NCBI RefSeq assembly: GCF_009914755.1
Contig: NC_060927.1
DNA from: the human T2T-CHM13v2.0 reference genome, Homo sapiens
Length of the DNA stretch: 64,000 nucleotides
Reading direction: 5' to 3' (one strand)
Shown here: in pieces, positions 55,756-64,000 of the stretch
Layout: every line of letters starts with the position of its first letter
Position numbering within the stretch: the first letter of the stretch is position 1
Notes under the pieces: model-generated
Told to the model about the DNA's origin: nothing
What the model saw: only the letters and a program-made list of their open reading frames with translations
Database searches by the model: none
Translations under genes and position numbers: made by a program

Positions 55756-56939
55756 AATCTACGATTCAGAGGTTGTACACAGAACTCCAGGTTTTATCTG
55801 AACCAGCATGGAGTAAATAGGGTAGGACTCCATTATTTTTGTTTTAGGTAAGTGGCTTTAAAACTTATTTTAGCAGTATAAGCCTTCAAGCTTGTTTTGT
55901 CCCCAGATGAGATGCACGCACATACACGCATCCACACACTAAAATTAATTAAGCATCTACTATTTGTTAGACACTGTTATAGGTCCTGCAGACAGGAAGG
56001 AATTAAGACGGAATGGCTGCTACCACCATGAGGCTTACTGTCTGTTAAAGACAGCAGTCAGAAATACGTAAATCAACAAGTTAAAAATTGTAAATGTATA
56101 CAGGTAATAAGTGCTTTACAAACAACAGCAATAAGAAGATGCTGAGATAGAGAATGATGGGGGAGGGAATTATAGGATCCATATGAGGTCTGCCTCCCAA
56201 ACATGTAGTATAAATGTCAACTCGCTAGCCCTAAAGTGCAGTACCAATTAAGACATTGTATCTTCCCCTGTTATCATCCCACTCTAACTTTAAGCTGGCA
56301 GTCAGGCAAGGTCCCCCAAAGGAGATGACACTCAAACCAAGACCTGAAGGATGAGCAGGAACCAGCACGCAAACACCTGTGGGGAACGTGGTCAAGGCAG
56401 AGGGAACAGGAAGAGGAAAGAAGTGGATTTGCTCTGATTAATAGGGTGACAGGGGGAGGAAAGGGCCTGTCATCCATCCACTAAGTCCACTGCAAGGATC
56501 CCTGAGGTGTCTTCTTGAAACTCTAAGGCTCCTCTGAACACAACTTGAGGGCCACCCTTCTGGGCATCATATTTTGAGTCCCAGAGTCTAAAACTGGATT
56601 GAAGAAAGCCTCTGGCTCTCCATCCAGTTGCCCTCAGGAGCCACCCAAACATCATTCCACATTCCTGGATCTTTACACATCTTCCCTCACACCCCTTTCT
56701 CTCTCGAGTACGTGGAGAAGGCGTGGGAGAGGGAGGGTCTGGCTGCTTCACAGCTCCAGCCAGAGGGCCCATTTTAGAGATGCCAGCAAGGAATGGCATA
56801 TGAATCAACAGCGTGTTCCCTACACACCCCCACGGTCCAGATGGCTGCAGATCGCAGGAGCAGAGGGCGGCTCCTACACAGACAACTTCCCTGGCTGCAG
56901 ACACGTGCCACACTTCAGACCATGAGAGAACACAGTTAT

Positions 56940-56973
56940 GGTGGTGGTGGTGGTGGCAGCGGTGGTGGTGGTG
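56940..56973. repeat. Imperfect (GGT)n trinucleotide repeat
   Basis: ggtggtggtggtggtggcagcggtggtggtggtg. Confidence 0.9.
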
Positions 56974-57059
56974 ACATTTTTACAGAAAAGGGCATGGTCT
57001 TTCTTTTGCTGCAGATTTTCATTTCAAACACTTGTCTGTAATGAAGCCTTGTAGTATAA

Positions 57060-57940
57060 AATGCTGAGGGCTCACAGAATTGGAAAGCACCATGGGAACA
57101 AGCTGGTCCAGCTTCTCTCTCCCAGCCTAAATCTTTTCACATCCTTGATGGGGGTCACTGGGCTGAAGCCTGAAAGATTTCAGATTGGGGCAGTCATGCC
57201 TCCGTGACGCAGCTCTGATAGTTGGAAAGTTCTCTCCTTATAAATGTTAAGCCAAAATCTGCTGTCCGACTCTCCCCTCTTTGGTCTAGTTCCTCATTAC
57301 ACAAAATTTAATAACATCTTACTGGCCATTCATCAAGGTCTTGCCATGCACCAAGCATTGCGCTAACAACTTGCCATGAAATATTTCATTTAACCCACAC
57401 CCCAAACTTAGGAGGTAAGCACCAATCTTATCCCCAGTTTTCAGGAGGAAACCAGAGTCTTGAAGAGGTTAATGGAGCAGCCTAAGACCAGACCACTGGA
57501 AAGCAAAACTGAGGTTTGGGCCCACATCTGTCATTCTCCAAAGATCCGTCAAGCTTTTGACAGCTACACAGCATAACCTCCACAGAATGAATCTGTTTCT
57601 TTCTTCATAAGACGGTTCTCCAAGTATGGGAAGCCAGACCACTGCTCTCTTCTAAGGACTTTTCTTCTTTACGTGAGATACCTCCAGGTCATTCAACTGT
57701 TCTTGATGGAATGCAAGAGCTCAAATAAGAACCATCCTGGTAACTCTTCTGTGGAAAAGCTGCGGCTTCTAATTGTCCTAAAATGTGGTGTCAAGAACTG
57801 GCCATTCCACGCACAGCCTGACAACAGCAGCATCTGTTGAGTCCATCCTTCTGGGTCTACTCAGGCCGCTGAAAATCTGGTCAGAATTTGAACAGCTGTG
57901 AATGATGCTGTTCTGCATCAAACTAAGATGTTCCTGAATC
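57060..57940. mobile_element. L3/CR1-like fragment interrupted by MIR (about 57310-57570)
   Basis: cagctctgatagttggaaagttct...agccaaaatctg and tcattcaactgttc motifs, MIR core ccccagtttt...gaggaaac. Confidence 0.55.
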
Positions 57941-58823
57941 AGAAATGGTGTGTCCATACATGTGTGGGACAAAGTAAGGGGTTCTGTATCAAGGGGCTCA
58001 CAGTGAACAAGTCCGGGCCAATCCCCCTAGAGAATTGCCTTCTGTGAGGGCTGTTCTTGGCATCCCCCATAGAACTTTCCAACATTTGGCTTGCAGGCAC
58101 CACACATGGAGCCTTTTAAGCCATTATCCATGCATGGAATTGGAGCTTTAGGGTATCAGATGGTGAACACAACCCGCTGGCACTCTCTGCAAGCCAACCC
58201 TCCACCTGCTCAAAAACCTCACCATCTAATCTCTGCAGCCAGGTCCAAGCAACTCTGGAATATTTTATGGCATTTGCCCTTATTTTATTAAAATTAGAGG
58301 AAAACTGAAGCAAAAGGACTGACATAAGTGACAACACATGAAAGCCCAAGGACTGAGACAGGTGGCATTAGTGAGTTTTATAGTGTTCAAAATGGTTCAT
58401 CTTTAGCATGAATATGATGCCTTAAGCCAGGCCTCAAGTATGAGGCTAAGCGACAAAATTGTTAAGGCTGCCAGAAGGGGATCCCTAAAGGCTGTATCTA
58501 AAAAATGAAATGGAATTAGGGATGGTAGAATTTTTTTCACATCTCTGGTAACAGTGGTCCCTTCCTCCTATAAAACATGTAAGTACAATTACTGACTTTT
58601 GAACATTTTATTTGCAAACCTCTTCTTGCTCTGCCACCAACAAGCTGTGAAACCTTGGGCAGGGTGCTAGCCCTTTCTGTGGCTCACAGCCTCATCTGTA
58701 AATGGGGATGACAGCTGCAACCACCTCATTGAGTTGTGAGAATGAAGTGGTTACCAGGTGTAAAGCCAGCCAGCAGTGGTGCCAGGAGAGTATCTGGAAC
58801 ATAGTTCAATAAGTGTTAGCTAT

Positions 58824-59259
58824 CTGTCTATTCATTTAAGACAAGGTCTCACTCTGTTGCCCAGGCTAGAGTACAGTGGTGCAATCATAGCTCACTGCAG
58901 CCTCAACCTCCCTGAGCTCAAGCGATCCCCCCACCTCAGCCTCCCAAGTAAGCTGGGACCATAGGTGCATGCCATCATGCCCTGCTAACTTTTTAAAATT
59001 TTTTTGTAGAGATGAGGTCTTGCTTAGTTGACCAGGTTGGTCTCAAATTCCTGGGTTCAAGTGATCCTCCCACCTCAGTGTCCCAAGAGGCTGGGACCAC
59101 AGGTGCATGCCACCACACCCAGATAATTTTTTTTATTTTTGTAGAGATGGGGTCTCATCTTGTTGCCTAGGCTGTTCTCAAGCTCCTGGGTTCAAGAGAC
59201 CCTCCCACCTCGGCCTCCCAAAGTGCTGAGATTACAGATATGAGTGACTGCACCCAGCC
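58824..59259 (-). mobile_element. Three-monomer AluJ inserted at the end of a MIR
   Basis: AluJ diagnostics (atcatagctcactgcagcctcaacctcc, gatcctcccacctc). Single TSD aagtgttagctat (58811-58823, 59260-59272). MIR at about 58620-58823. Confidence 0.9.
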
Positions 59260-61624
59260 AAGTGTTAGCTATTTAACATTTATGTAATAGTATGACCCAA
59301 GTGAAAAGATAACATCCTCATAACAGCCTGGAGTACAGAGGGCACCAAGATAAGTCAATGCAGGAAGAGCAGGGTGCTAGAAAAAGGGTGTGTATCCTGA
59401 CAGGGAGCCAGGAATAGTCACAAAGAGAGGTTGCTCCAAGATGCCAGGTGGTCTCTTTAGCAAAATGTAACAGAGAGGCAACCTGAGCAGAAGGGCACAG
59501 GTGGAGTTACAGGCACAGGCAGAGCTGGCCAAGGGGAGGCCCTGGAAGAGACCTTGCTAGGCAGGCTGGTAGCCAGAGGTAGGTAGGCAGGCAGTGGGAG
59601 GGAAACCCAGGGGAGAACTGTGGTTTTCAGGGGGTCCAGGGAAAACATGCCAGGCCTCAGTGTTGGAGCAAGAGGTATAGAGTCCTGAGCCACGTACTAC
59701 CCCTGGAGGAGGCACACTGCAAACTGTCTGAGTCTCTGACCTAGCTCCCCAGCATGCAGCATACCCTCTGGCACACGGCTGAAATAACAGCACCTAATAT
59801 CCATCACCAAGTGTCCTCTCTATGCCTGAGCCAGTTTAGGTCTTCTTCATGGTCTCTCTCACACAACCTTCACTCACAACTCCATGAGATCCTGCAATCA
59901 ACCTCATTTTACAGAGGAGGGGAGTAAGGTCCAGAGAGGTGAAGTGACTTGCCTAAGTGCTCAGATGAAGGATAGATGAACAGATGGGCAGGTAGATGAA
60001 ATAAGGTTGCAGTGCTGTCGCAAACCCAAGACAGAAAACCGTTTCCTAGAAAGATGTTGCACATCACCCTCCAATCTCATCCCCAGCCAGTTAACTACCC
60101 TGATGTTCCCCTGACTGCAGTCACACTCACCCACATACACTCCCCCACCCCAGACACCAGGTTCACACTTACCCAGGAGGTCCCTTCTATTACATTCCCT
60201 TCAGTCATGAACTCGGATGAACTCAAATCTCATCTGCTGCACAGGCCACACACACACACACCTGTGCACAAATGTCTCAATTCTTTCCTCCCATCCTGTA
60301 CTTTGCTTTTATTTGCATTAGAACACTGATAACTATAGTCAATATTTCAGGTATTAATAGTGTCCATGTAGCAGGTACATGTTAAGTATACATGTTCTAT
60401 GTCCTTTAATCTTCACAGTTGTTCCCATTTTATAGGCAAGAAAACTGAGAAAACTAAGTGACTGGCCTAAAATAACACAATTCAGATTCAATCTCCAGCC
60501 TTTCCTCTTAGCCATTATTACCTACATCTCTCCAACATTCTTCATGCATGAATATAGTTATGTCTCCCACAGGATCTCTGGGAGGGTTGGGCAGAATGTG
60601 GCACTCTGCTCTCTAACATGACTCCACAGTGTCTCACCCAAGGTTGACACTCCCCATTGTTTGCTAAATTTACTTAACTTCTTTAAGTTCCATCCATGTT
60701 TAAAATGAGGTTAATAGTTGTAACAGGGCCTAGCACATAGTAAGCATGAGATAAATGTCTATTAAATAACTAAAATAACTCCTGGAAAATAATGTACATA
60801 ATCTCATTTATATTCTATCCATTTATTTCTACTCGATAGTGTTCCAGAAGAAGTTTAAAGCAAGCCTTACATCAATCCTCTGTGGGGCATATTATTATCC
60901 CCACTTAACAGCTGAGAAACTGAGGGTCAGAGAATTCATGAAATTTTACTTAAGTCACAGGGTTGGTGAGCAGCTGATGTGATTTAAACCCAGGCCTCCC
61001 TAAACACAGAGACCATGCTTTCTATTACAAGAGACTCAGGCTGGGACCCAGGCAGGAGTGGGAATCACCATAAGATGGACTTGATGCTGTGTCACCTGTA
61101 CCAGGTGAATTGTCTTCAATGAGAGGGGCAATGGGGTCTTGGAATGGAGCTAAGCCTGAAGAAGGTGACCCATTGGCCTCAGTCATGGCCCAATGGGGAA
61201 CTGAAGATCTTTAGATACTGGGATCCCAGCAGATCTTAACCAAGTCCACAGGAAACACATTCATTTGACAATGGGTATCAGTTTTCCATAAGGTCTCCCA
61301 CTAAGTAGTACCACTAAGGCCAGCAATCATCCCAATGAAAAGGGTCCCAAAGGCAGAGGAATTATTTGAGCTGCACTGTCCATAAACTACCTACCCCATT
61401 TTGACTCTCCTTTGTGTATAACTGTTTAATCAATTTACAAAACAGGTATATGGTAGATTGGCAGCCTATATTAATGATGTTGGGAAAGAAAATTCATGAA
61501 TACAGGGAAATGTTCACAATAGGTTAAATGAAAAGAGTAGTTTAGAAAACAGTGTGTACTCCTTGTTTTAATAAGAAAATATAAACCGTGTGAAAAAGTG
61601 ACTGAAAGAATATATATCAAACTG

Positions 61625-61906
61625 TGTGCTGGCTCACGTCTGTACTCCCAGCACTTTGGGAGGCCGAGGCAGGAGGATCACTCAGGAGTTCGAGATCAGC
61701 CTGGCCAACATGGCAAAACCCCGTCTCTACTGAAAATACAAAAATTAGCAGGGAGTGGTGGCACATGCATGTAATCCCAGCTATTCAGGAGACTGAGGCA
61801 AGAGAATCGCTTGAATCTAGAGGCAGAGGTTGCAGTGAGCCAAGATCATGCCACCACACTCAAGCCTGGGTGACAGAGCGAGACTCTGTCTCAAAAAAAA
61901 AAAAAA
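61625..61906 (+). mobile_element. AluS with small internal deletion
   Basis: Dimeric Alu in which ggatcactcaggagttcg lacks about 6 nt. Sits in an old L1 3' end. Confidence 0.93.
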
Positions 61907-62589
61907 TCAAAATGTTACCAGAAATTAGTTGTAGGCAAGATCGTGAGTAATTTTCAAGTTTCTTTTTTGTAAATCTGTACTTTCTAAATTGCCTAAAATG
62001 AGCACACATTAATTGCATAAGAATTTATGCATAGTTTTTTTAACTTCCAATGCATGAGCTCATTTTCATCATGACAAGAAACTGATGAGACCAGTACTAT
62101 TATTATCCCCATTTTGCAACAGAGAAACCTGAGGCCCAGAGAGGTTAAATCACTTGCCCAAAGTCTTAGAACCTTGTGATTGGTTTGAATCCGAAAGCCA
62201 AATTCCACAGCCCAAATGCTGGATCTCATAGGGACAGCATGAGTAAAAGCGTGGCAATAAAATAGCCAGGTTAAGGACACTTCTATGTTTATGGTCCTAT
62301 TTGGTCTTTATAACTTTTCTGGTGAGTTAGACAGGGCTACCAATAAACTGGGACTCAGGGAGGTTAATTAGTTTGGGAAGATCATCCAATAAGCTAGTCA
62401 TCAGCTCTTATCAAATTATTCATTGCTTTAGTGTCTACATTTTCCATCATGCCATAAGGTCCCTAATGACAAGTAAATCATCTGTTTTATTCACTGCTAT
62501 ATCCCTAGCATGTGACAAATACCCAACATGTAGTAGGTACTCATATAAAGATTTTTTTGAAGAGTGAAAGAATAGAACTAAAAAACAGT

Positions 62590-62795
62590 ATGTGTTGAGT
62601 TGAATAGTGCCCCCTCCTCCCGCCACCACCCCACAAAAGAAGATCTATCCATCCAGAATCCGTGGATTAACTTTATTTGGAAAAAAAAGGTATTTGCAGA
62701 TATAATTAAATTAAGGATCTCAAGATGAGATAATCCTAGATTATGCGGCGAGGCCCGATCCAATGATGTCCAATGTGCTTATAAGAGAAACGGCA
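62590..62795 (+). mobile_element. MLT1 LTR 5' fragment (followed by a ~55-bp Alu 3' piece)
   Basis: tgttgagttgaatagtgcccc...tttgcagatataatt...aggatctcaagatgaga, then ccactgtactc..cagcctggg.gacagagtgagac. Confidence 0.75.
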
Positions 62796-62859
62796 GGCAC
62801 CACTGTACTCTACAGCCTGGGAGACAGAGTGAGACCGTCTCTTAAAACAAAGAAAGCCA

Positions 62860-63192
62860 AAGGCATAAAAGATGAAAAATGGTCTACCTATACAGGGCAC
62901 TTACCATGAATGGAGTTTGTAGGACTGGAAGTTGCTCTGGATCAGTGAGTGAGTGAGTGGTGAGTGAATGTGAAGGCCGAGGACATTATTGTACACTACT
63001 GTAGGCTTTATAAGCACTGTACACTTAGGCTACACTAACTTTATTTTTTAAAATAAAGTAATTGTGCTACAGCGTTACAACAGCTAAGACATCACTAGGG
63101 GATAGGAATTTTTCAGCTCCATTATAATCTTATGGGACCATTGTCATATGTGGCCCACAGCTGACTGAAACATCATTATGCAGTGCATGACA
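62860..63192. mobile_element. Tigger3/MER7-type TcMar element
   Basis: agggcacttaccatgaatggag...gtgagtgagtggtgagtgaatgtgaaggcc...ataggaatttttcagctccattataatcttatgggacca. Confidence 0.85.
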
Positions 63193-63303
63193 GCAGGCTT
63201 GAAAAAAACGTGAAATTTACCTCTAATCCCACTGTGAGAGATAACTGCAGTCAACGGTGTGGCACAGACATGTTTCTAGATCTTTTCTACATGAATGTGT
63301 GTA

Positions 63304-64000
<697 letters not shown>

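Noticed and set aside
56470-57041. Overlapping 147/108/82-aa ORFs
   Set aside because: No recognisable homology or splice structure. Explained by local GC content and the GGT repeat.

Overview
Primate (almost certainly human) genomic DNA from inside ERC2 (CAST1/ELKS2, a presynaptic active-zone coiled-coil scaffold), transcribed on the minus strand. Three consecutive phase-0 coding exons are present with canonical AG/GT boundaries: 41835-41909 (75 nt), 17363-17518 (156 nt) and 7895-8062 (168 nt). They splice to ELHRRSQLQPEPAKTKALQTVIEMK-DTKIASLERN...KFMKTK-IDQLKQELSKK...AAILQTE. The rest is intron, dominated by transposable elements (Alu, L1 of several ages, MIR/L2/L3, MaLR LTRs, hAT and Tigger-family DNA transposons) plus a 5S rRNA pseudogene. 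I found no prokaryote-type system and no CRISPR array. The best leads are: (1) a candidate internal promoter and in-frame ATG extending the 75-nt exon, which would give an N-terminally truncated ELKS2beta-like isoform; (2) a candidate 21-nt in-frame microexon (GVVCVTD) at the junction where the paralog ERC1 has a cassette exon; (3) a twin AP-1/E-box palindrome; and (4) several unusual repeat architectures. Repeat subfamily names and old-repeat boundaries are by eye and approximate.
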